DNA of 64,000 nucleotides, taken from assembly GCF_039654945.1 (NCBI RefSeq), contig NW_027361761.1, forward strand, positions 22,134,001-22,198,000, written 5' to 3'. How positions within the stretch are numbered: position 1 is the stretch's first letter; every line of letters starts with the position of its first letter. Under the pieces are notes generated by a model. That model did no database searches and was not told the DNA's origin. It saw only the letters and a list, made by a program, of their open reading frames with translations. The position numbers and the translations under genes were made by a program. The stretch is from Dendrobates tinctorius. Lineage: Eukaryota. This document shows positions 1 through 12,959 of the stretch, one piece after another.

Positions 1-651
1 TTTACAGTGCATGAATACTACTGGGCATTATACAAATAGGGGGACCAACATCATATATAATATTTAGTAGTGTTTTCAAGCCTTATCTAGCAAGTTTATG
101 GCCAAAAGCTACATATCACTAATTTTTTGGTATCACACTTCCCATACATTAAAAAGACATAAATAGTTAAAAACAAGCAAGATGGCAACACTTACATGTA
201 TAAAGAGTGAAACAGGTCCCCACCGCCCCAACGCACGTTTCGTATTAAAAACTTCTTTACACGCGTCCTATATTTTTATGGGTTATACATCTTAGTGGTT
301 ATTTTATAACCAATTTTTGTTTATTAGTTCTTTGAGTTAAATACCCATTTTATTTCATTGGGCTTATTTTGTGTTTAATAGCATATAGCTCTTCAGGTTG
401 GCTATTTTATATAATGTATCATACAAAGCTACACAATAAAGTCTTATGATATCATATTTTATGGTATTACCATATCAGAGTCCGGGCATTGTCAAAACCA
501 ATTGGCTGTGCTGGTATAGGGGAAAGGCCTCTTATCTCAGACTCTGGAATCCTATAAGTAAATTCTAAAAAAGGCATATAATAGAAAGAATAAGAAGGCA
601 GGCATTATGGAGAAAAAAAAATGTATTCGTACAATATATTTGGGTGCTTAA

Positions 652-915
652 AAGAGGAGCTGTCACCAGGTGACAAGTGTCCAGTTTGTGCTCTTATTTT
701 ATTCCCGCTGCTCCCCTGATAGTGGCCGATTTTGAATCTTTTTAATTCTGCCATAGGATTCCAGAGATATGGACATTTGTATTTAGTGCAAATCTTTGGG
801 ATCTTTATCAAGGGGGCAGTGTACACAGAGAAACAATGCGGAGCAGCCTAAAGACCCACCCACGAGGAGAATCCTGTGAGAATTGCCCCCATGTAAAGAC
901 CTTAAGAATTAGCAC

Positions 916-946
<31 letters not shown>

Positions 947-1382
947 GGTCCTTGTCTCTTGAACAGTATAATAAAATAAAAATTTTGGGATCTTTACAAG
1001 GGGGAGGTGTACTCAGAGTAAGAATGCAGAGCCAGCTGAAAAACCCACCCACGAGGAGAATCCTGTGAGCCCCAACGCCTTAAAAAGACCTTAAGAATTA
1101 GCACTAAAAAAGGTCCATATCTCTTCAACTGTAACCTACAATAAAAATGTTGGGATCTTTACAAGGGAGAGGTGCACTCAGTAATAAGGCAGAGTAACCT
1201 AAAGATCCACCCACGAGGAGAATTCTCTGAGCACCATCCCCTGTAAAGACCTTAAGAATTAGCACTGAAAAAAAAGTCCATGTCTCTTGCACAGTAACAT
1301 AAAGACTGAAATATTCAGGGGGGGGGCAGTATAAATGAAATAAGAGCAAAAACTGGAGACTTAACTTGATGACAGGTTTTCT
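652..1382. mobile_element. Non-autonomous TTAA-target DNA transposon (T2-MITE/Kolobok-like) with three internal copies of a ~160-190 bp unit
   Basis: TTAA at 648-651 and 1383-1386; degenerate TIRs AAGAGGAGCTGTCA / TGACAGGTTTTCT; CCACCCACGAGGAGAAT recurs at ~856, ~1045 and ~1207. Confidence 0.55.
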
Positions 1383-1422
1383 TTAAGAAGAAAATACTGT
1401 CATGGGTGTCCTTGGGAAACCT

Positions 1423-2735
1423 AGAATCATAGAGTCATAGAATTGTAGAGTTGGAAGGGACCTCCTGGGCCATCTGGTCCAACCCCCTGCTCAAAGCAGG
1501 ATTCTCTAAATCATCCCAGACAGATTTCTGTCCAGCCTCTGTTTGAAGACTTCTATTGAAGGAGAGCTCACCACTTCTCGTGGCAGCCTGTTCCACTCAT
1601 TGATCACTCTGTTAAAAAGTTTTTTCTAATATCTAATCTGTGTCTCCTCCCATTCAGTTTCATCCCATTGCTTCTAGTCTTTCCTTGTGCAAATGAGAAG
1701 AAAGATGGTCCTTCTACAATGTGACAGCCCTTGAGATATTTGTAGACAGCAATTAAGTCTCCTCTCAGTCTTCTCTTCTGCAAGCTAAGCATTCCCAAAT
1801 CCTGCAACCTTTCCTCATAAGACAGGGTTTGCAGACCGGTCACCATTCTGGTCGGTCTTTTCTGAACTTGCTCCAGTTTGTTGATGTCTTTTTTTAAAAT
1901 GTGGCGCCCAAAACTGGACACAGTATTCCAGATGAGGTCTGACCAAAGAGGAGTAGAGGGAAATAATGACTTCACGTGATCTAGACTGCATGCTTCTGTT
2001 AATACATCCTAGAATTGCTATTGCCTTTTTTGCTGCTGCATCACACTGTTGACTCATATTCAGTCTGTGATGTATTAGTATACCCAAGTCTTTTTCACAT
2101 GTGCTGTTGCTTAGTCCTATTCCTCCCACTCTGTATATACTTCTTTCATTTTTATTGCCCAGATATAGTACTTTGCATTTTTCCCTGTTAAAAACCATTC
2201 TGTTAGTTGCTGCCCACTTCTCCAGTTTATTTATATCTTTTTGAATCCTCTCTCTCTCTTCTCTAGTATTAGCTATCCCTCCTAGCTTTGTGTCATCAGC
2301 AAATTTAATCAGTTTACCCTCAATTCCTTCATCTAAATCATTGATAAAGATGTTGAACAATACAGGGCCCAGGACAGAGCCCTGTGGTACCCCACTTGAG
2401 ACATTCTTCCATCTGGATGTGCAGCCATTTACGACCACTCTTTGGGTCCGATCACTAAGCCAGTTATGAATCCACCTAACAGTTGCCTTGTCCATTCCAT
2501 ACTTAGCCATTTTCTCAATAAGGATTGTGTGAGATACTTTGTCAAATGCTTTGCTGAAGTCAAGACATACTATATCTTCAGCATTTCCCGGATCCACCCA
2601 ATCAGTGATTCCGTCACAGAAGGAAATTAAGTTAGTCTGACATGACTTATTAGTTACAAACCCATGCTGACTCTGTTTAATCACTTCATTCTTATCCAGG
2701 TACTGACATACATGTTGTTTAATAATTTGTTCAAT
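1423..2735 (-). mobile_element. 5'-truncated CR1 LINE (RT domain, 3' UTR and (ATTCTATG)n-type tail), frameshifted
   Basis: Peptides [37 protein letters not shown]; 3' tail reads AGAATCATAGAGTCATAGAAT on + strand from 1423; possible 4-bp TSD ACCT at 1419-1422 and 2736-2739. Confidence 0.93.
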
Positions 2736-2737
2736 AC

Positions 2738-2927
2738 CTTTAGCTGGATAGTAGGGAGTGAGTTGGTCTCCAAAATTTTCCTTGAATGAACCCCGTTCTA
2801 CACCAGATGGAGGCATATACCAGGAGTGGGGATAGGTTTCATTAGGATTGGACTTTCCATCATTTATATCTTTGGGATCAGTGTAAATGATCACTCCAAC
2901 AACTCCATATTTGGCAGCATTTATTGC
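2738..2927 (-). CDS. NAALADL1: NAALADL1 exon 5 ([18 protein letters not shown]...[11 protein letters not shown])
   Basis: Acceptor ttttcag; donor G|gtattg; 190 nt; PA-domain sequence. Confidence 0.88.
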
Positions 2928-3359
2928 CTGAAAATCCATTAATAAAATAATTATTTAAGATTTATAGAATAGGATTCACATTCCCAACCCGATCCATACT
3001 AGTAAAAGAGAGCCTAGAGATTGTTTCCTATCACCCCATTCATTTCCCTGTGGACGGAATACTGACGGAGATAAAAATTCTGCTCGAACAGAGGCTGATG
3101 CTGCTGTAATCACAGGACTTTATCTTCTATAATTCCCATACAGACAGCTAGTCGTTCAATATTGTGGTTATTTTATCTCTCCCAATCTTTATTCATTTTT
3201 CTCCTCCGACAGAACTGAGTATCTATAATAACTCAAATCGCTTCTTACTATGTCCTATATGAGTAATAATGGAGTATATAGATGGCGAGAGAGTCAGAGT
3301 CATCTTTGTATATTCTTAGATTAAAGTTATATTCTACGTAAACTTTAGATATAGCTCAC

Positions 3360-3479
3360 CTTATTAACTCTGCCTATCCCTCCGTATCGTACAATCGCAA
3401 TGGTGCCGTTCAGATTTGTTATATTAGCGAGGTGCTGAAAATCACTTATCCTGCCAAAATTTGCAAATACGAGGTTTCC
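3360..3479 (-). CDS. NAALADL1: NAALADL1 exon 4 (GNLVFANFG...RYGGIGRVNK)
   Basis: Acceptor ttcttcag; donor gtgagc; 120 nt, phase 0/0. Confidence 0.9.
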
Positions 3480-3653
3480 CTGAAGAATAAAAATTAAGAC
3501 ATAACTCAATGAAAAATGAAGAAATATTTGTACAGCTCTGTATCTCCATACAAATAAACCTTGTGTAGTCTGATCCTCTAACCATGCATTATTCTGCCAC
3601 CTTTTATAATGCATGTAAGATGCCCAATAGGTGAACGCTAATTCTAAGCATAC

Positions 3654-3775
3654 CTTAACGGTACCATTAGGTGCGTATGCAAGAAACGGCTGGAGGATGT
3701 TTGGGTCTTTTTGGTCGTCAGTGAGTTGAGCCTCAGTTTTGTTTGACTCAAACTTGATGTCACCTTCCGGACTCA
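3654..3775 (-). CDS. NAALADL1: NAALADL1 exon 3 (SPEGDIKF...QPFLAYAPNGTVK)
   Basis: Acceptor tttacag; donor gtatgc; 122 nt. Confidence 0.9.
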
Positions 3776-4298
3776 CTGTAAAAAAAAAATTAAAAAATAA
3801 GGGTAAAAGATACACCACAAACCTAACGAACACGTCTCTAACCCACATGATAAATATTTCATTAGGGTACCTCCATGTACTTTATCCCAAAAAACTACCC
3901 CCCCCCAAAAAAAAATCCAATACAAAAACCAATCCACCAAACAATTATCCCCTATCCAGCGCTGATCTAAAGCAAATGCTTACAATTATGCACAGAAATG
4001 TAGTATTATAGACACTAAAATATAAATAAATAAAAAATAAATATGTATAAAAAAATATATAGAAATATATAATAACAAAATATAAAATTATATAAGAGTA
4101 AATATATATAAAATTAAAATAAGTGGAAAAAAAAAAAACTATAAAAAGTTACGACCCTCGTCATGTGGAAAAAAAAAAAAACAGTAAAAAACCGTACTGT
4201 GTTTTGATGGCCAAAATTAGTCACGTTCATAAGAGACAATATCTATAGCAATCTTGAGTCTCCCTTTATGTGTCATACATATAAACGGTGTCACTTAC

Positions 4299-4471
4299 AC
4301 ACTCTGACGTTGTTTGGATTATTTTCATCTGGAAACGATAAGAAGACATTATATCGTTCTTCCTTGGCTTCATCCAGACCAAAAGTTGGGTCCTTCCAGC
4401 GAGACAGCAGGAGCTGCACCAACACATCATCCACCTCACTCGTGGCCACGTGGGGCTTATTAGACAGGGTT
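4299..4471 (-). CDS. NAALADL1: NAALADL1 exon 2 (TLSNKPHVATSEVDD...PNNVRV)
   Basis: Acceptor ttcttcag; donor gtaagt; 173 nt; translated by hand because it is not in the ORF track. Confidence 0.9.
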
Positions 4472-4499
4472 CTGAAGAATAAGAGGAGAAAATTGTGAT

Positions 4500-5182
4500 T
4501 GTAAGGGGAAATATAATATTAGGTTAAGTCTGACATTCATATGATTAACTCTGCACAAAGGGTCAAAGATCGATGAACTCTTACTTCAAGTCAGGACTCT
4601 AAGAGGAACTCAAAACCAAGGGCGATATCGCTGGGACTACCACAATGGTCATTCCCGATTCCTCGGTCCAGTGAGGTTGACCTTCAGAGGAAGGGCAGAT
4701 GGTCCTATGAAGCCAAGCTCATTTACTATAAGGGGGGGGGGTGGATTGAAGAAAATGACCTAGTCAATATCCAATGTGCTCGCCTCCTTATTGGCCCACA
4801 GTTACAGACCTACAATTTTCCTATTAAAATTTAACACCGACCAGGAAACTTGGGGGTCAGCCAAGCCAAGCCATAAACCTTCCCTACGCCCAAGGAAACA
4901 AAAGACCAACTTTAGATAGAAACGTTTCGATTTTTGTATTATTTCTCCTATTTTATAACTGTTTACACATTGGTGTTGCCTTATTTTCTGCCGTTTAGTC
5001 ATTTCTAACACTGTACTTTTATATTAAAGCTTAATCCGGGGTGTGTGGACGGGTTTAGGGTGTAATTTATACTCACTTTCCAGCCTATAACAGAAGTTGA
5101 GTGCATGACCCAGTGAAGGGAGATAAATTAACCCTTGTGGGGGCACCCAACGCCACGTCCTGAGAACTGTGTCTGTGACAAC
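4500..5182. mobile_element. Possible solo LTR in NAALADL1 intron 1
   Basis: TGTAAGG...GACAACA termini and an ATTAAA signal; only an imperfect GAT(T) flank duplication. Confidence 0.35.
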
Positions 5183-5367
5183 AGATTTATCCATATAACA
5201 CAACTACATAGCGTCACGTTAACACTTCAAAAAGACTTTTACCATAACTGTCAAGACTACACAATAGGGAATGCAAAAAGGTATATCTTTATAAAAGGAA
5301 GAGCTGGATGAGCAGCTGATATACTCCTGTAGAGACACATATTTTGGGTGTAACAATAGGATCGATC

Positions 5368-8300
5368 AACTACTATAATACTGCCTCCTATGTACAAGAA
5401 TATAACTACTATAATACTGCTCCCTATGTACAAGAATACAACTACTATAATACTGCCCCTATGTACAAGAATATAACTACTATAATACTGCCCCTATGTA
5501 CAAGAATATAACTACTATAATACTGCCCCTATGTACAAGAATATAACTACTATAATACTACCACTATGTACAAGAATATAACTACTATAATACTGCTCCT
5601 ATGTACAAGAATATACCTACTATAATACTGCTCCTATATGCAAGAATATAACTACTATAATACTGCTCCTATATACAAGAATATAACTACTATAATACTG
5701 CCCCTATGTACAGTAATATAGTTACTATAATACTGCCCCTATGTACAAGAAAATAACTACTATAATACTGCTCCTATGTACAAGAATATAGCTACAATAA
5801 TACTGCTCCTATGAACAAGAATATAACTACTATAATATTGCTCCTATGTACAAGACTATATCTACTATAATACTGCCCTTATGTACAAGAATATAACTAC
5901 TATGATACTGCCCCTATGTACAAGAATATAACTACTATAATACTGCCCCTATGTACAAGAATATAACGACTATAATACTGCTCCTATGTACAAGAATATA
6001 ACTACTATAATACTGCCCCTATGTACAAGAATATAACTAATATAATATTGCCCCTATGTACAAGAATATAACTACTATAATACTGTACCTATGTAAAAGA
6101 ACATAACTACTATAATACTGCCCCCTATGTACAAGAATATAACTACTATAATACTGCTCCCTATGTAGAATATAACTACTATAATACTGCCTCTATGTAC
6201 AAGAATATAACTACTATAATACTGCCCCTATGTACAAGAATATAACTACTATAATACTGCTCCCTATGTAGAAGAATATAACTACTATAATACTGCCTCT
6301 ATGTACAAGAATATAACTACTATAATACTGCTCCCTATGTAGAAGAATATAACTACTATAATACTGCCTCTATGTACAAGAATATAACTACTATAATACT
6401 GCCCCCTATGTACAAGAATATAACTACTATAATACTGCTCCCTATGTAGAAGAATATAACTACTATAATACTGCCTCTATGTACAAGAATATAACTACTA
6501 TAATACTGCCCCTATGTACAAGAATATAACTACTATAAAACTGCTCCTATGTACAAGAATAAAACTACTATAATACTGCCCCTTATATACAAGAATATAA
6601 CTACTATAATACTGCCACTATATACAAGAATATAACTACTATAATACTGCTCCTATGTACAAGAATATAACTATGATACTGCCCCTATATACAAGAATAT
6701 AACTACTATAATATTGCCCCATATACAAGAATATGACTACTATAATACTGCCCCCTATGTACAAGAATATAACTACTATAATACTGCTCCCTATGTAGAA
6801 GAATATAACTACTATAATACTGCCTCTATGTACAAGAATATAACTACTATAATACTGCTCCTATGTACAAGAATATAACTACTATAATACTGCCCCTATA
6901 TACAAGAATATAACTACTATAATACTGCCCCATATACAAGAAAATAACTACTATAATACTGCCCCTATGTACAAGATTATAACTACTATAATACTGCCCC
7001 TATGTACAAGAATATAACTACTAAAATACTGCTCCCATTTAAAAGAATATAACTACTATAATACTGCCCCCTATGTACAAGAATATAACTACTATAATAC
7101 TGCTCCCTATGTAGAAGAATATAACTACTATACTATTGCCTCTACGTACAAGAATATAACTACTATAATACTGCCCCTATGTACAAGAATATAACTACTA
7201 TAATACTGCTCCTATGTACAAGAATATAACTACCATAATACTGCCCCCTATATACAAGAATATAACTTAAAATATTGCTCCTATGTACAAGAATATAACT
7301 ACTATAATACTGACTCTATGTAAAAGAATATAACTACTATAACACTGCTCCTATATACAAGAATATAACTACTATAATACTGTCTCTATGTACAAGAATA
7401 TAATTACTATAATACTGCACCTATGTACAAGAATATAACTACTATAATACTGCTCCTATGTACAAGAATATAACTACTATAATACTGCTCCTATGTACAA
7501 GAATATAACTACTATAATACTGCCCCTATGTACAAGAATATAACTACTATAATACTGCACCTATGTACAAGAATATAACTACTATAATACTGCTCCTATG
7601 TACAAGAATAAAACTACTATAATACTGCCCCTTATAGACAAGAATATAACTACTATAATACTGCCCCTATGTACAAGAAAATAACTACTATAATACTGCC
7701 CCTATGTACAAGAATATAACTACTATAATACTGTTCCCAATGTAGAAGAATATAACTACTATAATACTGCCCCTATGTACAAGAATATAACTACTATAAT
7801 ACTGCTCCTATGTACAAGAATATAACTACTATAATACTGTCCCTTATATACAAGAATATAACTACTATAATACTGCTCCTATGTACAAGAATATAACTAC
7901 TATGATACTGCCCCTATATACAAGAATATGACTACTATAATACTGCCCCATATACAAGAATATGACTACTATAATACTGCTCCTATGTACAAGAATATAA
8001 CTACTATAATACTGCCCCTATATACAAGAATATAACTACTATAATACTGCCCCATATACAAGAATATAACTACTAAAATACTGCCCCCATTTAAAAGAAT
8101 ATAACTACTATAATACTGCCCCCTATGTACAAGAATATAACTACTATAATACTGCTCCCTATGTAGAAGAATATAACTACTATACTATTGCCTCTACGTA
8201 CAAGAATATAACTACTATAATACTGCCCCTATGTACAAGAATATAACTACTATAATACTGCTCCTATGTACAAGAATATAACTACTATAATACTGCCCCC

Positions 8301-9495
8301 TATATACAAGAATATAACTATTAAAATATTGCTCCTATGTACAAGAATATAACTACTATAATACTGACTCTATGTACAAGAATATAACTACTATAACATT
8401 GCTCCTATATACAAGAATATAACTACTATAATACTGCTCCTATGTACAAGAATATAACTACTATAATACTGCCCCTATGTACAAGAATATAACTACTGTA
8501 ATACTGCTCCTATGTACAAGAATATAACTACTATAATACTGCCCCTATGTACAAGAATATAACTACTATAATACTGCTCCCCATGTACAAGAATATAACT
8601 ACTATAATACTGCTCCCCATGTACAAGAATATAACTACTATAATACTGCTCCTATGTACAAGAATATAACTACTATAATATTGTCCTCTATGTACAAAAA
8701 TATAACTACTATAATACTGCTCCTATGTACAAGAATATAACTACTATAATACTGCCCCCTATGTACAAGAATATAACTACTATAATACTGCCCCTATGTA
8801 CAAGAATATAACTACTATAATACTGCTCCCCATGTACAAGAATATAACTACTATAATACTGCTCCTATGTACAAGAATATAACTACTATAATATTGTCCT
8901 CTATGCACAAGAATATAACTACTATAATATTGTCCTCTATGCACAAGAATATAACTACTATAATACTGCCCCTATGTACAAGAATATAACTACTATAATA
9001 CTGCTCCTATGTACAAGAATATAACTACTATAATACTGCCCCTATGTACAAGAATATAACTACTATAATACTGCTCCTATGTACAAGAATATAACTACTA
9101 TAATACTGCTCCTATGTACAAGAATATAACTACTATAATACTGCTCCTATGTACAAGAATATAACTACTATAATACTGCTCCTATGTACAAGAATATAAC
9201 TACTATAATACTGCCCCTATGTACAAGAATATAACTACTATAATACTGCACCTATGTACAAGAATATAACTACTATAATACTGCCCCTATGTACAAGAAT
9301 ATAACTACTATAATACTGCCTCTATGTACAAGAATATAACTACTATAATACTGCCTCTATGTACAAGAATATAACTACTATAATACTGCACCTATGTACA
9401 AGAATATAACTACTATAATGCTGCCCCCTGTGTACAAGAATATAACTACTCTAATGCTGCCCCCTATGTACAAGAATATAACTACTCTAATACTG
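5368..9495. repeat. 35-bp AT-rich minisatellite (AACTACTATAATACTGCYCCTATGTACAAGAATAT), roughly 115-120 copies
   Basis: Tandem periodicity is directly visible. Confidence 0.97.
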
Positions 9496-10113
9496 AAAAA
9501 CAATCTTGCTACTGTAGCAATGCTCCGGTTTTAATATAATATGTTTTGGGATTTACAGTATATAAGTTAAAGGAAATCTGTCAGCACAGAATTACTGTTT
9601 TACCCATGCTCAAGCGCTCAGTGCACCCTTGGTGTGTCAAACAGTTCAGAGCTCCTTCCCACCTACCCATTTTTTAACATAAAACAATAGTAATGACTAA
9701 AGCAACCTTGTAATATATCTTACTATTAATTCTCAATTCAAAGGTAAAATCTGTATTCAGTGAAGACAGCGTTTCCGAATACTGAGATTGGAGATGACAG
9801 TTGGTGATTATAATATTTTATGAAGAGGAAGGAGCTACAAGCAGAAACAGACATTCTGCTGCAAGTTCCATAGAACTTTATGAGAACCAACTGATATCTA
9901 TCTCAATAATGGGAGAATCTCACTGAAAACAAATTTGACCCATGAATTAAGAATTTTGAGAATCAATGATCAGTCCAGGAGGAGAAAGAAGCAGATTTCT
10001 CTGATAATATTAGTTTCTTATTTTTTGTTTTCTATTGATTTATGCTATGAAAAAAAATAAATACATACAACGGTTAATTGTGAAAGCGGATTTATAGCAT
10101 CTGTAGAATTAAT

Positions 10114-10318
10114 GGCTACATATATGCTAAAAACATCTGAGAAGGATGGTCCGAATATGGACTGCAATGTCTGCACCGGTCGTAGGTCTACTGACCTAAA
10201 CTCAAGAGCCTCATATATGCCCTATGAGGTCAAATTTGAGTCAGTTGGCCCATAGTCAGATAGGACATTGCAGTCCGTACTTGGACCATGAATGTCTGAT
10301 GTGTGAAGTCAGCCTTAA
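10114..10318. mobile_element. Small palindromic MITE
   Basis: Inverted arms TGGTCCGAATATGGACTGCAATGTC / GACATTGCAGTCCGTACTTGGACCA. Confidence 0.5.
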
Positions 10319-11351
10319 GCTATTTGTTCACAGTCATTTCGCTGAATTTCCAGAGCAGAATTTCACAGTTTTTGAAACATTTTGAGATTTGGAGAGTTTC
10401 CGTTCCAAAATCTTCTACTTGCGTTTTATTGGATGGGGGGGGGGCTTTTTTGGTGCTGTGTTACAAAACAAAAGTAGACTGCTGTAATTTAGGCAAATCA
10501 ATGCAAACCGTGGATAAACCACACGAGCACAACTGTCTACATTTAGGTTGTCGCCGTAAGGTGACGAGACTCGAAAGGACATATTCCAAAAAACAAATCA
10601 CAAAAAGAAGGTACCTGTTTTACCAGCTCCAACGCTCAACGTCAAAGCTCAGCAAAATGCAATCGGCCCTCACGATAAATGCAGAGGCAGCACAGGTGCA
10701 AGATACAGATGAAACAACCACTCGCATGCCAATCATTCATCAGTGTTTCGCACCTTGGCTACCACCGCCTTTTTCATGGGGGCTGGCCACATATTGCTGT
10801 GCTTTGGTAAATATGGCTGCCTTCTCTTTGTTATGTTTTTTTTTTATATGACGTGTCCTTCAGGATAAGAAAATTAATATAATGGAATTAAATTATATTT
10901 TTAGCTGCTGAAAGTATAGAAGACACCACGTTTGGGTAGTCAACAGATGCCCTTTGGCTTTGGCATTGTGCTCTTTGTTGGCCAAATCACATCCAACTCA
11001 AGGCCAAAGATCCAGGAGGTTCCAACATCTGGCAACAGTTCCTTTGCGGTCACAATTCATTGCCGTGTATAGATGTATATTTTTCTGCCATTCTTTTCAG
11101 CTTGAATGTCTGCAGATCAGTGTCACAAGATGACCAGCTTCATATGGAAATTGTTTCGCCTAACTGCACATGACACTCTTTTCTTGACATCTCAAGCTAA
11201 GAATGGAGGTAATGAAGGAGACATCAGTTGGCAGTCTGCAACTGCAATCTTCGTTTCACGATCAAAGTCACCTTAGAAACAAATACTTATTGTACAGAAT
11301 AGAAAAATATGGCTGATGTCTGCAAGATACAGTGCCACACTACAGTAAATG

Positions 11352-11980
11352 TATCACGCTTTTCGGTGGCACACGTGGTTTGTGGACCCACCGTGCCGGT
11401 TCTGCCTAGCAAGGGGCATATCTAAGCGGCTACCAGGTTTTCACTGGAGCCCCTGTTGGTTTAGACAGACTGGGCTGCAGGTATCTGCCAGGTACCACTC
11501 CCAGGGAGACCTGCAGCTACCAAACCCGAGTGGTCGGGTTCTCTGGACGGGAAGACATGGCCAGAGCCACAGCCAAGCCGGAATCAGAGACAGACCGTAC
11601 AGACAACTGGGATCTTGACGACAGGTTCTTGTTCACACAAGCAGTTATTAGGAATTAGTTCAGGAGCTGGCTGCACTAGGACCAAAGGTTCGGGTACAGG
11701 TACCGGTACCAACCACTCGGATTCAGGATTAAGATACGGATACCGCCGATTCGGCCAGAGGATAAAGAACACACTATACTATACTAATGGAATGACACAG
11801 GAAAGCCTCCAAGCTGCTGTGTTCGGGCATTTTACTATGCGAGTGTGCTTTTAAAGGGGGGGAGATGCACCACCGGAACACAGTGCCGGCGTGCACAGGA
11901 GAAGTAGGACCAACATGAGAACGCCACTGTGGCCGGAGTGGTGAGTATGTCGGTATCTCCTCATGGCCACGGACGTTATA
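11352..11980. mobile_element. Solo-LTR-like insert with TATCACG...CGTTATA termini
   Basis: Exact 5-bp TSD AAATG at 11347-11351 and 11981-11985; 7-bp imperfect terminal inverted repeat. Confidence 0.65.
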
Positions 11981-12340
11981 AAATGGAGCGTAGTTGCAAC
12001 GCAAAACACAGGCTTTGGACAGGAGTGGCCCTGTTTTTAGAAGTAGTTAAGTTCTTCCAATCCTGGGCTATCCATTTAAGCTTAGATACTTGTACATTGA
12101 AGTTCTCAGAATTGGAGGAATCAACTTCACCCAATGTCAACCACACAGGACCAAGCATTTACATTGTTACTCTTGGCTAAAAATTACTGCTCAGGGTTTC
12201 TTAAAAAAAAAAAAAAAAAAAAGACAAAACTCTGCTTATTTGCTTGTCTGATGGAGCAAACAATATAAAGGGGAGGTTAAGGGAAGTAAAAATTACAGAA
12301 CTATTTCCGTTCTATGCCAAGTGAGGCTAATGGGTCTCAC

Positions 12341-12537
12341 CTCAGGTTCTCCTTGATCTTCTCGTTATCCACCTCCTTCATGAATTGTTGGATAAACTCT
12401 TCATCGAGATCTTGAGCGAGATTCTTCACCCATTCTGGATCGGCACCACTCGATATACCAAAATGACCAATCAGCAGTCCGATGGCCAATATGGCCAAAG
12501 CCCCAAAAGAAAATCCCAACACCTTCCACCAATTCAT
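12341..12537 (-). CDS. NAALADL1: NAALADL1 exon 1 (MNWWKVLGFSFGALAILAIGLLIGHFGI...KIKENLR), with N-terminal signal anchor
   Basis: ATG in ACCATG context; hydrophobic TM ending LIGHFGI; donor AG|gtgag in phase with exon 2. Confidence 0.9.
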
Positions 12538-12589
12538 GGTCCCTCAGCACCCGAGATGCCTCAGAGATTGCGTTTCACTCAATGTGGTA

Positions 12590-12760
12590 ACCGTTACCCT
12601 TTACACTTGCACTTCACTCTTTATGGTTACTCTTTACACTTTAGATAAGACGACACTAATAACATGGTTAACGATTATCAGAATTAAATCATGGGTCACA
12701 ATCTAGCGGGATAATGGAAGAGATATTGAGCTAATTATTCCAAGAATCAAGTCCATAAAA
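12590..12760 (-). promoter_or_regulatory. Putative NAALADL1 proximal promoter with CDX, GATA, HNF1 and HNF4-like motifs
   Basis: TTTATGG 12620-12626; AGATAAG 12643-12649; GGTTAACGATTATC 12666-12679; CAAGTCCA 12748-12755; CCATAAA 12753-12759. Confidence 0.45.
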
Positions 12761-12959
12761 TAAGACTAAAAGAAATTAGAAAATAGAAAATGGCGCTGAC
12801 AAAGTACAGCACTCGGCTATCTCTCTCCGTCAGTCTAATAGACATTCCGTCAGTCTAATAGACATTGAATGGAACGCCAATACACAGATGATTTGAGGGA
12901 CCAGATTTTGGAAGTAAATTTAGCAAGAGAGAACAGGTAACAGTTATATTAGTGAAGTG

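Larger units (their letters stand above)
2738..12537 (-). other. NAALADL1: NAALADL1-like gene (type II membrane M28B peptidase), coding exons 1-5; the remaining exons lie left of the window
   Basis: Five exons join in frame with GT-AG boundaries. Peptides KPHVATSEVDDVLVQLLLSRWKDPTFGLD, RYGGIGRVNK and [24 protein letters not shown] closely match NAALADL1 as I recall it. Confidence 0.9.

Noticed and set aside
1815-2939. The 374-aa ORF as a standalone novel peptidase-RT gene
   Set aside because: Its ATG lies in intron 4 just before the acceptor. It is NAALADL1 exon 5 abutting a truncated, frameshifted CR1, so it is reported only as a possible read-through chimera
5368-9495. CRISPR-like array
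   Set aside because: Head-to-tail 35-bp units with no unique spacers, no cas genes, and a eukaryotic intron context
10303-10851. 182-aa + strand ORF in NAALADL1 intron 1
   Set aside because: Non-ATG start, no recognisable domain, overlaps repeat-like sequence
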